Source: an uncultured Actinomycetota bacterium
GTDB lineage: Bacteria; Actinomycetota; Acidimicrobiia; Acidimicrobiales; Bog-793
Assembly (NCBI GenBank): GCA_963754255.1
Contig: CAVWEW010000010.1
Span: 63,064-127,063 of the forward strand
Length of the DNA stretch: 64,000 nucleotides
Direction: 5' to 3'
The notes under the pieces are model-generated. The model did no database searches, had not been told where the DNA came from, and saw only the letters and a list, made by a program, of their open reading frames with translations. Below, one piece after another: positions 19,565 through 30,189 of this stretch (its first letter is position 1; every line of letters starts with the position of its first letter). The position numbers and the translations under genes are program-made.

Positions 19565-21673
19565 TCAGGACACCTCCCGCAGCTCCCGTCGGAGCGATCG
19601 GATCTCGTCGCGGAGCCGGGCAGCGTACTCGAAACGGAGGTCGGCGGCAGCCGCTTGCATCTCGGAGTCGAGCACGTCGATCAGCCGGCCCAGCTCGTCG
19701 GCGGGCAGCATGCCGTCCGGCCCGGAGCGGGTGCCTGACCCAGCCCCGAGGGCGCTCGCCACCCGCTCGGCCGCCCGGCGACCGGCGCGCCGCGAGCGGT
19801 CGGCGCCGGCGGTGTGCCCGGACGGGAGCGGGGCGCCGTCGTCGAAGGTGCCGGCGGCCATGCGGAACTGCGCCACGAGGTCTGTCACGGCCTTGCGGAT
19901 GGTCTGTGGGTCGATGCCGTGCTCGAGGTTGTAGGCCTCCTGGAGGATCCGCCGGCGCTCGGTCTCGGCCATCGCCCGCCGCATCGAGTCCGTCATCACG
20001 TCGGCGTAGAGCACCACCCGCCCCGAGACGTTGCGGGCAGCACGGCCCATCGTCTGAATGAGCGAGGTGGACGAGCGGAGGAAGCCTTCCTTGTCCGCGT
20101 CGAGTATCGCCACGAGGGAGACCTCCGGCAGGTCGAGGCCCTCCCGGAGGAGGTTGATGCCGACGAGGACGTCGAACTCGCCGAGGCGCAGGTCGCGGAC
20201 GATCTCGATCCGCTCGATCGTGTCGACGTTGGAGTGCAGGTAGCGGACCTTGAGACCGGTCTCGAGGAGGTAGTCAGCCAAATCCTCGGCCATCTTCTTC
20301 GTGAGCGTGGTGACGAGGATCCTCTCGCCCCGAGCCGTCGTGAGGCCGATCTCGGCGATGAGGTCGTCGATCTGGCCTTTCGTCGGCTTGACGACCACCT
20401 CCGGATCGACGAGGCCGGTGGGGCGGACGATCTGCTCTGCTACCTGCGCGGAGACCGACAACTCGTATGGGGACGGGGTGGCGGACATGAAGATGCACTG
20501 GTTGAGGCGGCGCTCGAGCTCCTCGAAGCGCAGAGGCCGGTTGTCGAGGGCCGACGGCAGCCGGAAACCGTGCTCGACGAGCACGTCCTTCCGGGACCTG
20601 TCGCCCTCGAACTGACCGTGCAGCTGGGGCACGGTGACGTGGCTCTCGTCGAGGATGAGGAGCCAGTCCGCAGGGAAGTAGTCGAGCAGCGTATAGGGCG
20701 GCTCGCCGGCCTTGCGCCCGTCAAGGTGGCGGCTGTAGTTCTCTATGCCGCTGCACGTGCCCACCTCGGCCAGCATCTCGAGGTCGTGCTCGGTCCTCAT
20801 CCGGAGGCGCTGGGCCTCGAGCATCTTGTCCTGGCTCTCCAGCTCGCGCAGCCGCTCCCCGAGCTCCACCTCGATCTGGCCGATGGCCCGCCGCATCCGC
20901 TCGTCACCTGCCACGTAGTGCGAGGCAGGGAAGACCACCACCTCGTCCAGGTCCCCGAGCACCTCACCGGTGAGCACGTCGAAGCGCGTCATCCGCTCGA
21001 TCTCGTCGCCGAACAACTCGATCCTGACTGCATACTCCTCGTAGGCCGGATGGACCTCGATGGTGTCGCCCCGGACGCGAAAACGTCCCCGCACGAGGTT
21101 CTGGTCATTGCGCTCGTAGTGCATCTCGACGAGGTGGGTGAGGACCGACCGCTGGTCGTGCACCTCGCCGGGATGCATGACGAGGATGCGGTCCCGGTAC
21201 TCCTCGGGGGACCCGAGGCCGTAGATGCACGAGACGGACGCCACCACGATGACGTCGCGCCGGGTGAGCAGGCTGGCCGTGGTGGAGTGGCGGAGCCGGT
21301 CGATCTCGTCGTTGATGGACGAGTCCTTCTCGATATAGGTGTCGGACGAGGGCAGGTAGGCCTCGGGCTGGTAGTAGTCGTAGTAGGAGACGAAGTACTC
21401 CACCCGGTTCTCCGGGAAGAAGCTGCGGAACTCACCGGCCAGCTGAGCCGCCAGTGACTTGTTCGGTGCCAGCACCAGCGTCGGCCGCTGCACGTTGGCG
21501 ATCGTCCAGGCGATAGTGGCGCTCTTGCCGCTGCCCGTGATGCCGAGCAGCGTCTGGAAACGGTCTCCCCGCTCGACGCCCGCCGAGAGCAGCTCGATCG
21601 CCTTCGGCTGGTCGCCGGCGGGCTGAAAGTCGCTCACGACGCGAAAAGGGGGCATTGTGCGCATGGTAGTCAT
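19565..21673 (-). CDS. uvrB: Excinuclease ABC subunit B
   Basis: 702 aa with helicase motifs ([12 protein letters not shown]) and the C-terminal UVR domain ([17 protein letters not shown]). Confidence 0.97.
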   Translation of the reverse strand: MTTMRTMPPFRVVSDFQPAGDQPKAIELLSAGVERGDRFQTLLGITGSGKSATIAWTIANVQRPTLVLAPNKSLAAQLAGEFRSFFPENRVEYFVSYYDYYQPEAYLPSSDTYIEKDSSINDEIDRLRHSTTASLLTRRDVIVVASVSCIYGLGSPEEYRDRILVMHPGEVHDQRSVLTHLVEMHYERNDQNLVRGRFRVRGDTIEVHPAYEEYAVRIELFGDEIERMTRFDVLTGEVLGDLDEVVVFPASHYVAGDERMRRAIGQIEVELGERLRELESQDKMLEAQRLRMRTEHDLEMLAEVGTCSGIENYSRHLDGRKAGEPPYTLLDYFPADWLLILDESHVTVPQLHGQFEGDRSRKDVLVEHGFRLPSALDNRPLRFEELERRLNQCIFMSATPSPYELSVSAQVAEQIVRPTGLVDPEVVVKPTKGQIDDLIAEIGLTTARGERILVTTLTKKMAEDLADYLLETGLKVRYLHSNVDTIERIEIVRDLRLGEFDVLVGINLLREGLDLPEVSLVAILDADKEGFLRSSTSLIQTMGRAARNVSGRVVLYADVMTDSMRRAMAETERRRILQEAYNLEHGIDPQTIRKAVTDLVAQFRMAAGTFDDGAPLPSGHTAGADRSRRAGRRAAERVASALGAGSGTRSGPDGMLPADELGRLIDVLDSEMQAAAADLRFEYAARLRDEIRSLRRELREVS

Positions 21674-21714
21674 GGGCTGTTCGCTCGGGGCTGGAGGGAC
21701 GGCAAAGTGGTGGG

Positions 21715-22089
21715 ATGAGGTTTCAGATCACTCGTCTCGACCACGTGCAGTTGGCTATGCCACAGGGCGAGGAGGCGGCGGCAGAGGCATTCTACTGTGG
21801 CCTCCTCGGCTTCGAGGTCCTCGAGAAACCCCCCGTTCTCGCCGCGCGGGGCGGCCGCTGGTTCGGCGCCCGTGCCGGTGAGGTCCAGGTCCACCTCGGC
21901 GTAGAGGAGGACTTCCGCCCGGCCCGCAAGGCCCACCCGGCCCTGGCCGTCCGGTCCCTGTCCGGGCTGGTGGCCGACCTGGAGGCGGCGGGCCACCCGG
22001 TGAGGTGGGACCAGGAAATCCCGGGCGTGAGCAGGTGCTACGTGGACGATCCGTTCGGCAACCGCATCGAGCTCGTCAACGCCGACTGA
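21715..22089 (+). CDS. VOC/glyoxalase-bleomycin-resistance family protein
   Basis: 124 aa with single VOC-domain signatures ([18 protein letters not shown]). Confidence 0.75.
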   Translation: MRFQITRLDHVQLAMPQGEEAAAEAFYCGLLGFEVLEKPPVLAARGGRWFGARAGEVQVHLGVEEDFRPARKAHPALAVRSLSGLVADLEAAGHPVRWDQEIPGVSRCYVDDPFGNRIELVNAD

Positions 22090-22147
22090 GCGTCTGACCC
22101 GGAGGGATGCGTCCGGGAGAGCACCTGCTCGGCGTACCCTCGATGCA

Positions 22148-24148
22148 GTGCTCGAACGCCCGACCGCCATTCCGGACGCGCCCGGGTCATACCAGTTCAA
22201 GGACGCCGACGGGCGAGTCATCTACGTCGGCAAAGCGCGCTCGTTGAAGAGCCGCCTGGCGAGCTACTTCCAAGATCCGCGCCACCTCCACGCGCGCACC
22301 GCCCAGATGGTGGAGCGGGCAGCCTCGGTCGAGTGGATAGTCGTCGGGAGCGACGTCGAGGCGATCATGCTCGAGTACAACCTGATCAAGACGCACCGGC
22401 CTCGCTTCAACATCCGTCTGGTCGACGACAAGAGCTATCCCTACCTGGCGGTGACCGTCGGTGACGAGTGGCCTAAGGCCACAGTCATGCGCGGCGCCAG
22501 GCGCAAGGACACCCGCTACTTCGGCCCGTACGCGCACGCCTACGCCATTCGCGAGACCCTCGACCTGCTGCTCCGCTCCTTTCCTATCCGCACCTGCTCG
22601 GACGCGAAGATGCGCCGCCACGAGCTCCTCGGCCGCCCGTGCCTGCTTTTCCACATCGAGCGCTGCTCGGCCCCGTGCGTGGGGGCGGTGAGCCACGAGG
22701 AGTACGACCGGCTGGTGGGGGAGCTGATGGGCTTCCTCGAGGGCGACACCGGGCCCATCACCCGCCGGCTCGAGGCAGAGATGAGAGACGCCGCCTCCCA
22801 GCTCGAGTTCGAGCAGGCGGCCCGCCTGCGGGATCGCCTGGCCACGGTGCGGCTCGCCATCGAGCGCCAGCAAATGGTGACCGACACCCCGGAGGACCTC
22901 GACGCCATCGGGCTGGCCGAAGATGAGCTCGTCGCCGCCATCCAGGTGCTCCACGTGCGGCGGGGCCGTGTGGTGGGACGCCATGGCTTTGTCGTCGAGA
23001 AGGTGGAGCCGCTCTCGAGCCCGCAGCTCCTCAGCCGGGTGCTCGAGCAGCACTACGCCAGCTCGCCGATCGGGCTGCCGAAGGAGATCCTCGTTCCCGA
23101 GATGCCCGAGGACCACGTGACCTACGAGGAGTGGCTGACCGGTCTTCGTGGCTCTCGAGTGTCCCTGAAGGTCCCCCAGCGGGGGCGCAAGCGGGAGCTG
23201 CTCGGGACGGCTCGTCAGAACGCTGCCGAGCAGCTCAACCGTCACCGGTTGCGCCGCTCGTCCGATCTCACCAGCCGAGCCGTCGCCCTCGAGCAGCTGC
23301 AGGAGGCGCTCGGGCTGACCGAGGCCCCGCTCCGCATCGAGTGCTACGACATGAGCCACCTGCAGGGCACGGACTACGTCGGGGCCATGGTGGTCCTCGA
23401 GGACGGGCTGCCCAAGCGCAGCGACTACCGCCGCTTCAAGGTGAGCGCGGTGCAGGGCAACGACGACTACGGGGCGATGCACGAGGTGCTCTCGCGGCGC
23501 CTCCGTTACCTGCTCGACCGGGACGAGAGCCCGGGGCAAGGAGACGTGACCGGTGAGGCTGCCGGCGGGCAGGGTTGGTCCGCCGGCGAGTCGCCGCCTG
23601 CCCGGCAGTCGTCCGACACGAGCGCGCTGCCCGACACCTCGGCGCCGCCCGGCGAGCCGGATCTCGAATCTCTCGGGCGCCGGCGGCGGCGCCCCTCCCG
23701 CTTCGCCTACCCGCCCCAGCTGCTCCTGCTCGACGGAGGGAAGGGCCAGCTGCACGTCGGCGAACAGGTGCTGGAGGAGCTGGGCCTCACGAACAAGGTG
23801 GCTGTGGCGGCGTTGGCCAAGCAGCTCGAGGAGGTGTTCGTCCCGGGCAACCCGGATCCGGTCGTCATCCCACGCGACAGCGAGGCCATCTACCTGTTGC
23901 AGCAGGCCCGCGACGAGGCTCACCGGTTCGCCATCGGCTTCCACCGGGAGCTCCGGCAGCGGCGAATGACGAGGAGCGTCCTCGACGGCATTCCCGGCCT
24001 CGGGCCTGTCCGGCGAAAGCGCCTCACCGACGAGCTCGGGGGCGTCCGCGGCGTGCGCACGGCCTCCCTCGAGCAGCTGAGGGCTGTCCAGTGGCTGCCG
24101 GACTCGGTGGCAGAGGCGGTCTTCGACCACGTCCGGGCGCGGCGGTGA
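22148..24148 (+). CDS. uvrC: Excinuclease ABC subunit C
   Basis: 666 aa with a GIY-YIG N-terminus (GSYQFKDADGRVIYVGKARSLKSR), a UVR domain (FEQAARLRDRL), and RNase-H-like and HhH C-terminal domains. Confidence 0.95.
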   Translation: MLERPTAIPDAPGSYQFKDADGRVIYVGKARSLKSRLASYFQDPRHLHARTAQMVERAASVEWIVVGSDVEAIMLEYNLIKTHRPRFNIRLVDDKSYPYLAVTVGDEWPKATVMRGARRKDTRYFGPYAHAYAIRETLDLLLRSFPIRTCSDAKMRRHELLGRPCLLFHIERCSAPCVGAVSHEEYDRLVGELMGFLEGDTGPITRRLEAEMRDAASQLEFEQAARLRDRLATVRLAIERQQMVTDTPEDLDAIGLAEDELVAAIQVLHVRRGRVVGRHGFVVEKVEPLSSPQLLSRVLEQHYASSPIGLPKEILVPEMPEDHVTYEEWLTGLRGSRVSLKVPQRGRKRELLGTARQNAAEQLNRHRLRRSSDLTSRAVALEQLQEALGLTEAPLRIECYDMSHLQGTDYVGAMVVLEDGLPKRSDYRRFKVSAVQGNDDYGAMHEVLSRRLRYLLDRDESPGQGDVTGEAAGGQGWSAGESPPARQSSDTSALPDTSAPPGEPDLESLGRRRRRPSRFAYPPQLLLLDGGKGQLHVGEQVLEELGLTNKVAVAALAKQLEEVFVPGNPDPVVIPRDSEAIYLLQQARDEAHRFAIGFHRELRQRRMTRSVLDGIPGLGPVRRKRLTDELGGVRGVRTASLEQLRAVQWLPDSVAEAVFDHVRARR

Positions 24149-24957
24149 GCGGCCGCCCACCAAGCTCGCGGCCACGCCATGCCCAACCGCAGAGCTGGGA
24201 CGACCTCGCCGCGTGGTGGCGGGCGACGTTCACCAACGGAGCCGACGTCGAGTACGACCATCAGATCCTGCCGCTTGCCGCGGCCCATCTGGCCGGGTGC
24301 CTCCGCATCCTCGATCTCGGCTGCGGAGAGGGGCAGCTCGCCCGGCGGCTCGCCCAAGGCGTCTGCCCCGACACCTCCGACAGCCGTCGCGCCGGCGCCG
24401 GCTCGCCCACGGCTCCAGAGCCGCCCCTCGTCGTCGGCCTCGACCCGTTCCGGCGCCAGCTCGAGAATGCCGTCGCCCAAGGCGGTGGGGCGACGTTCGT
24501 GCAGGGGGCGGGGGAGCAGCTGCCGTTCCCCCCCGACACCTTCGACGCCGTCGTCTGCTGCCTCGTGATCGAGCACGTGGCCGATCCGGACGAGGTGCTG
24601 GCCGAGGTGGCGCGGGTGGTGGCGCCTGGAGGGCGGTTTCTGCTACTCGTAAATCATCCGGTGATACAGGGCCCGGGCAGCGGGTTCGTCGACGACCGGC
24701 TTCTCGAGGAGCGTTACTGGCGGATCGGGCCCTACCTGCCCGAGAGCACCACCGTGGAGGAGGTCGACCCGGGTGTGCGGGTCTCCTTCGCCCACCGGCC
24801 CCTCTCGCGCTACGTCAACCCCCTCACCGAGCGCGGCCTTGTCCTGACTCGCCTCGAGGAGCCGGCGCCACCGCTCGAATTCCTCACCGGCTCGATCGAC
24901 CTCGAGCTCGAGGCGGCGATGCCGCGCCTGTGCCTGATGCGCTTCGAGCGGCGCTGA
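24145..24957 (+). CDS. Class I SAM-dependent methyltransferase
   Basis: GTG 24145 overlaps the uvrC TGA. Motif I ILDLGCGEGQL, then FDAVVCCLVIEHV and APGGRFLLLV. Confidence 0.75.
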   Translation: MSGRPPSSRPRHAQPQSWDDLAAWWRATFTNGADVEYDHQILPLAAAHLAGCLRILDLGCGEGQLARRLAQGVCPDTSDSRRAGAGSPTAPEPPLVVGLDPFRRQLENAVAQGGGATFVQGAGEQLPFPPDTFDAVVCCLVIEHVADPDEVLAEVARVVAPGGRFLLLVNHPVIQGPGSGFVDDRLLEERYWRIGPYLPESTTVEEVDPGVRVSFAHRPLSRYVNPLTERGLVLTRLEEPAPPLEFLTGSIDLELEAAMPRLCLMRFERR

Positions 24958-24995
24958 CCAAGGCCAGCGCCGGCGAATGGGACAATAGGGCCCAC

Positions 24996-25850
24996 ATGGC
25001 TGAGTACCTCTTCCTCGTGGGCATGTCGGGGGCGGGCAGGTCGACTGCCGCCGCCACCCTGGAGGACCGGGGTTGGTTCGTCATCGACAACCTTCCGCCG
25101 GCGCTGCTCGGCAAGGTGGCGGACCTGGCGAACCAGCCCGGGGCTGAGTACGAGCGGCTCTGTCTCGTCGCCGGCCGCGGCGGCTACGAGGCGTTGGCCG
25201 AGCTGCCGAACGCGATCGAGACCCTCAAGTCCTCTGGCGCCCGCGTGCGGGTGTTGTTCCTCGATGCGTCCGACGAGGCCCTCGTGCGCCGCTACGAGGG
25301 AAGCCGGCGCAGGCATCCCGTCGAGGCCGACGGGGGCGTGCTCGAGGCGATCCGCCAGGAGCGGACCATGCTGACCGAGCTGCGGCGGGACGCCGACATC
25401 GTCATCGACACCGGCGACCTCAATGTGCACGAGCTGCGCGACCGTCTGATCGATCTCGTGGACCGGGGAGCAGGCCCGGGCATGGACACGACAGTGATCT
25501 CGTTCGGGTTCAAACATGGGCTGCCGCTCGACGTCGATCTCGTCTTCGACTGCCGTTTCTTGCCGAATCCCCACTGGGTGCCGGAGCTGCGCCCGCTCAC
25601 CGGGCTCGACGAAGAGGTGAAGGACTACGTCATGTCCTCACCTGAGACGAAGCAGCTGCTGGACCGGCTCGACGACCTCTTCGAGCTGCTGCTGGGGGCA
25701 TATGCCAGGGAAGGGAAGTCTTACCTGGCGATCGCCATCGGCTGCACCGGCGGCCAGCACCGGTCGGTCGTGCTCGCCGAGGAGATCGCCGTCCTGGTGC
25801 GCCGCCGCGGCTTCACCCCGACTGTTCACCATCGGGATCTTGCCCGTTGA
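24996..25850 (+). CDS. rapZ: RNase adapter / nucleotide-binding protein RapZ (YvcJ family)
   Basis: ATG 24996. Walker A LVGMSGAGRSTAA and a conserved C-terminal block (CTGGQHRSV). Confidence 0.9.
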   Translation: MAEYLFLVGMSGAGRSTAAATLEDRGWFVIDNLPPALLGKVADLANQPGAEYERLCLVAGRGGYEALAELPNAIETLKSSGARVRVLFLDASDEALVRRYEGSRRRHPVEADGGVLEAIRQERTMLTELRRDADIVIDTGDLNVHELRDRLIDLVDRGAGPGMDTTVISFGFKHGLPLDVDLVFDCRFLPNPHWVPELRPLTGLDEEVKDYVMSSPETKQLLDRLDDLFELLLGAYAREGKSYLAIAIGCTGGQHRSVVLAEEIAVLVRRRGFTPTVHHRDLAR

Positions 25851-26751
25851 GCGGTGCCGGGGAGCTCCGGCCTGACGGACCCCGGGTGGTGGCCATCGGC
25901 GGGGGCCACGGCCTTTCGCGGACGCTGCAGGCGGCCAGACGGTACGCCGGCGAGATCACCGCAGTCGTGTCCGTCGCCGATGACGGGGGGTCGAGCGGCA
26001 GGCTCCGGGAGGAACTGGGCATTCCCGCCCCCGGTGACGTCCGGCGCTGCCTCGGCGCCCTCCTGCCGGACTCGTCGCCGCTGGCCACAGCGCTCGAGTA
26101 TCGCTACGAGGGCGGCCAGCTCGACGGCCATGCTTTCGGCAACCTGCTCATCACGGTGCTCGCTCGTGCACTGGGTGACTTCACCACCGGGATCGCAGAA
26201 GCGGGGCGGCTGCTCGGCGTAGTGGGCGTCGTGCTGCCCGCAACCACCACGCCGGTCGTGCTGAAGGCGGTTGGCACAGAAGGTGTCGTCGAGGGACAGG
26301 TACGGGTGATGTCAGCTCGCGGTGTGCGCCAGGTCTCGCTCGTCCCCCCGATGCGCGGCCGCCGCGCCTCGCAGTGGAGCGCCTGCTGGCGGCGGACCAA
26401 ATCGTCATTGGTCCAGGTTCCCTCTACACGAGCCTGTTGGCCGCCTGCGCCGTCCCGGCTCTCGGCGAGGCCATCAGGGCGTCAGGAGCCCAGCGCGTCT
26501 ATGTGGCCAACCTGCGCGAGCAACGGCCGGAGACAGAAGGCTATGACGTGGCCGCCCACCTGACGGCCCTCCGGCGCCACGGTATCGAGCCCGATGTGGT
26601 GTTGACCGATCCCGGTGGGCTCCCGATCGGCGAGCTCGGGGCCGGCGTGCGACTCGTGCAGGTGCGCCTCGGCAGCCGCGACCTCGTCGACCACGACGTC
26701 TCGAGGCTCGCCGGCGGCCTCGCCGGAGCTCTCGAGGGCTCCGAGCGGTAG
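25847..26751 (+). pseudogene. yvcK: YvcK/CofD-like gluconeogenesis-factor family protein, one frame disruption as sequenced
   Basis: The TTG start overlaps the rapZ TGA. The N-terminal part (VVAIGGGHGLSRTL, VADDGGSSGRLR) is in the 25847 frame. The C-terminal part (ADQIVIGPGSLYTSLL) is in the 26374 frame. The switch lies in the C6 run at 26344-26349. Confidence 0.8.
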
Positions 26752-26815
26752 CTTTAGACGCCGGTTGCCCATGCCGCAAGCACGGCCCGGACATGACCAA
26801 TGAGAGGACTATGGG

Positions 26816-27853
26816 ATGACGGTGCGGGTAGGCATCAACGGCTTCGGGCGGATCGGCCGGAACTTCCTGCGGGCGCTGCTCGAGGACGACGAGGAGGGTG
26901 GGGGGGCTCCTCAAGTCGAACTGGTGGCCGTCAACGACATGGTCCCCCGGGAGGTGAGCATCCACCTCCTTCGCTATGACTCAACTCACGGCCGCCTGAA
27001 GCAGCCCTTGGACGAGACCGAGAAGGGCTTCCGAGTGGGCCGCCATGACGTCGCCGTCCTGTCCGAACGGGAGCCGAAGGAGCTTGGCTGGGGGGCCCTC
27101 GGCGTGGACGTCGTCATCGAGTCCACCGGCCGTTTCACCAGTCGGGACGCCGCCATGACCCATGTGGAGGCCGGAGCCAAGCGGGTCATCATCTCCGCTC
27201 CCGCCAAGGATGCGGACGCCACCTTTGTCATCGGTGTGAATGATCAGGACTTCGACCCGGAGCGCCATGTCGTGGTATCCAACGCCTCGTGCACGACGAA
27301 CTGCCTCGTGCCGATGGTGCGAGTGATCGACGCCGCCTTCGACCTTCGCCAGGGCCTCATGACGACAGTTCACGCCTATACGAACGACCAGGAGCTCCTC
27401 GACCTCGGCCACGACAATTTACGGCGGGCGCGGGCGGCGGCGATCAACGTGGTGCCGGCGTCAACGGGGGCGGCGCGGGCGACGAGCCTCGTCCTTCCCT
27501 CCATGAAGGGCCGCCTCGACGGGCAATCCCTGCGCGTGCCGGTCGCGGACGGCTCCATCACCGACCTGACGGCGATCGTCGGGGCGGCCGTCGACGCCGG
27601 ACAGGTGAACGAGGCGTTCCGGCGCGCTTCGGCCGACGGTCCGCTGTCCAGCGTCCTTGTGTACTCCGAGGACGAGATCGTCTCGAGTGACATCGTCGGG
27701 ACCTCGGCGTCCTGCACGTTCGACTCCACTATGACGCTGGTGGTCCCCATCGACGACTCGAGCAGCCTGGTCAAGGCCTTCGGCTGGTACGACAACGAGT
27801 GGGGCTATTCGCATCGCCTGATCGACCTGGCCGGAATCGTCGGCCGGACATGA
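26816..27853 (+). CDS. gap: Glyceraldehyde-3-phosphate dehydrogenase
   Basis: Motifs INGFGRIGRN and the catalytic SNASCTTNC. 345 aa. Confidence 0.97.
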   Translation: MTVRVGINGFGRIGRNFLRALLEDDEEGGGAPQVELVAVNDMVPREVSIHLLRYDSTHGRLKQPLDETEKGFRVGRHDVAVLSEREPKELGWGALGVDVVIESTGRFTSRDAAMTHVEAGAKRVIISAPAKDADATFVIGVNDQDFDPERHVVVSNASCTTNCLVPMVRVIDAAFDLRQGLMTTVHAYTNDQELLDLGHDNLRRARAAAINVVPASTGAARATSLVLPSMKGRLDGQSLRVPVADGSITDLTAIVGAAVDAGQVNEAFRRASADGPLSSVLVYSEDEIVSSDIVGTSASCTFDSTMTLVVPIDDSSSLVKAFGWYDNEWGYSHRLIDLAGIVGRT

Positions 27854-29055
27854 AGGCGAACCTGCCCCTCATCGAGGATCTCGGGAAGCTCGACGGCGCA
27901 CACGTCCTGGTCCGGCTCGACCTCAACGTGCCGCTCGCCACGACGCCGTCCGGTGAGCGGACGGTGAGCGACGACTTCAGGATCAGGGCCTCCGTGCCCA
28001 CGCTCACGTGGCTGCAGATGCAAGGCGCGCACGTCACGGCGTGCACTCACCTCGGGCGGCCCGAGGCCAGGCCCGACCCCCGCTTCGATGTCTCACCGGT
28101 GCGCCACGTACTCGACAAGATGGTGCCAGGGGTGCGTTTGCTCGAGAACCTGCGCTTCTCGCCCGGCGAGACCGGCAACGACCCGGAGTTCGTGAAGTCG
28201 CTCGTCGAGGGTCAGGACTGCTACGTCAACGACGCCTTCGGAGTGTGCCACAGGGCCCATGCCTCTGTGGTCGGGCCCCCTCACTTCCTCCCCTCCGCGG
28301 CGGGGCGCCTCCTCGAGCGGGAGGTGGAGCAGCTGGGGGCACTCCTCGACGCGCCCGCCCGGCCGTTCGTGGTGGCGATCGGGGGGGCCAAGGTGAGTGA
28401 CAAGCTCGGGCTGCTGCGCAGCCTGGCCGAGCGGGCGGACCGTCTGCTCATCGGCGGTGCCATGGCGTTCACGTTCACCGCGGCTCTCGGCGAGCCGGCG
28501 GGGGACTCCCTCGTGGAGACAGACCGACTCGAGGAGTGCGCCACGCTCATGCGCGAGTTCGACAACATCACTCTCCCGGTCGACGCCGTGGCCGCCGGCC
28601 CACTGGTGGGGATCACCAAAGCTGCGCCGGTGCAGGGCGGGGACTTTCTCGGCATCGAGGCGGAGGACCCGAACGAGGTGCGCGTCGTCGGCCGAGCAAT
28701 CCCGCCGGGGTGGAAGGGTCTCGACATAGGCCCGGCGACGGCGGAGATGTTCGGCGAGGTCATCCGTGAGGCGGCCACCGTGCTGTGGAACGGCCCGATG
28801 GGTGTCTTCGAAGATCCCCGTTTTGCCGCCGGCACGAAGGAGGTGGCCGAGGCCGTCGCCGCCTCGGCCGGTCACACCGTCATAGGGGGAGGGGACAGCG
28901 TCGCTGCCGTCCACCGTTATGGGCTCGCCGAGTACATCGACCACATCTCGACCGGCGGCGGGGCCACTCTTAGCTTCCTTGAGCACGGCGATCTCCCCGG
29001 CTTGGCAGCGCTCCGGCATGCGCCCGCAGCCGACCGGGGTGTCGGCACCCGGTGA
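27850..29055 (+). CDS. pgk: Phosphoglycerate kinase
   Basis: ATG 27850 overlaps the gap TGA. N-terminus VLVRLDLNVPL, C-terminal STGGGATLSFLEH. Confidence 0.95.
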   Translation: MKANLPLIEDLGKLDGAHVLVRLDLNVPLATTPSGERTVSDDFRIRASVPTLTWLQMQGAHVTACTHLGRPEARPDPRFDVSPVRHVLDKMVPGVRLLENLRFSPGETGNDPEFVKSLVEGQDCYVNDAFGVCHRAHASVVGPPHFLPSAAGRLLEREVEQLGALLDAPARPFVVAIGGAKVSDKLGLLRSLAERADRLLIGGAMAFTFTAALGEPAGDSLVETDRLEECATLMREFDNITLPVDAVAAGPLVGITKAAPVQGGDFLGIEAEDPNEVRVVGRAIPPGWKGLDIGPATAEMFGEVIREAATVLWNGPMGVFEDPRFAAGTKEVAEAVAASAGHTVIGGGDSVAAVHRYGLAEYIDHISTGGGATLSFLEHGDLPGLAALRHAPAADRGVGTR

Positions 29056-29852
29056 GCGGTCGACTTCCCGAGGCCGGGCGTGCGCGTGTGCTGCTCGTGA
29101 GCGGCAACTGGAAGATGCACCACAACCACTACGAAGCGATCGAGTACGTCCAGAAGCTGGCCGCCGTCATGCGTGCGACGCCCCTGCCGAAGTCGCGGGT
29201 GGCCTCGCTCCACCCGCCCTTCACCTCCCTCCGATCGGTGCAGACCGCCCTCGAGTCGGACTCAGTGCCGGTCGTTCTCGGGGCACAGAACTGCCACCAG
29301 GACGAGGAGGGAGCCTTCACCGGCGAAGTGAGCGCCGGCATGCTCGAGAAGTTGAACGTGCGCTACGTGATCGTCGGACACTCGGAGCGGCGCCACTTCT
29401 GCGGCGAGACCGACGCCATCGTGCGGGCGAAGTTGGACGCCGTGCTGCGTCACAAGATGACCCCGATACTTTGTGTCGGAGAGAGCCTGCTCGAGCGCGA
29501 GTCCGGCGCCGCCACCACCAAGGTCGCCGAGCAGCTCGAGGCTGCCCTTTCGGGCCGCCCGTCAGCTGTGGTCGGTGCTCTTGTGGTCGCCTATGAGCCG
29601 ATCTGGGCGATCGGGACGGGCAAGACGGCGAGCGTGGAAGACGCCGAAGAGATGGCGGCCCATATACGCCACGAGGTCGAGCGGCTCGCGGGCAAGGAAG
29701 CCGCCGGCGAGTTGACCATCCAGTACGGAGGCTCGGTCACCCCGGACAATGCCGCGGCCCTGTTTGCATGCGCCGATGTGGACGGGCTGCTCGTCGGGGG
29801 CGCCAGCCTCGACGCTGAGAGGTTCTACGAGATCGTCCGCGCCGGCGCTTGA
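29052..29852 (+). CDS. tpiA: Triose-phosphate isomerase
   Basis: GTG overlaps the pgk TGA. Motifs SGNWKMH, IVGHSERR and AYEPIWAIGTG. Confidence 0.95.
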   Translation: MSGRLPEAGRARVLLVSGNWKMHHNHYEAIEYVQKLAAVMRATPLPKSRVASLHPPFTSLRSVQTALESDSVPVVLGAQNCHQDEEGAFTGEVSAGMLEKLNVRYVIVGHSERRHFCGETDAIVRAKLDAVLRHKMTPILCVGESLLERESGAATTKVAEQLEAALSGRPSAVVGALVVAYEPIWAIGTGKTASVEDAEEMAAHIRHEVERLAGKEAAGELTIQYGGSVTPDNAAALFACADVDGLLVGGASLDAERFYEIVRAGA

Positions 29853-29955
29853 GGATGGAGCCGGAGCCTCTTCGCTCTCGCCCGGTGGTAGCCTCCTTCC
29901 GCTCGAATGCAGGTCTGCCGAGGACATCCTTGGCCCAAGGAAGGAAGTAGTTCCC

Positions 29956-30189
29956 GTGCTGACGGACGCCCTTGTCGTGATCGACGTCATCGTGGCGCTC
30001 GGCCTCGTGCTGCTCATCCTTCTGCACAGTGGGCGAGGTGGGGGTCTCTCCGACATGTTCGGCTCCTCGACCGGCTCGTCCGCCGCCGGGTCGACCGTGG
30101 CCGAGCGCAACCTGGACCGCATCACCGTCGCATTCGTGCTGATCTTCGCTTTCGTGACGGTCGCTCTCTCCCTCCGGTGGAGTGGGTGA
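29956..30189 (+). CDS. secG: Preprotein translocase subunit SecG
   Basis: RBS AAGGAAG before GTG 29956. 77 aa with two hydrophobic helices flanking LLHSGRGGGLSDMFG. Confidence 0.85.
   Translation: MLTDALVVIDVIVALGLVLLILLHSGRGGGLSDMFGSSTGSSAAGSTVAERNLDRITVAFVLIFAFVTVALSLRWSG

Noticed and set aside
27950-27960. An internal copy of the junction motif ccggtgagcgg inside pgk as a hidden internal start
   Set aside because: It is read in-frame as Gly-Glu-Arg of PGK, the out-of-frame ORF is short, and about 8 chance TGAGCGG heptamers per strand are expected in 64 kb.
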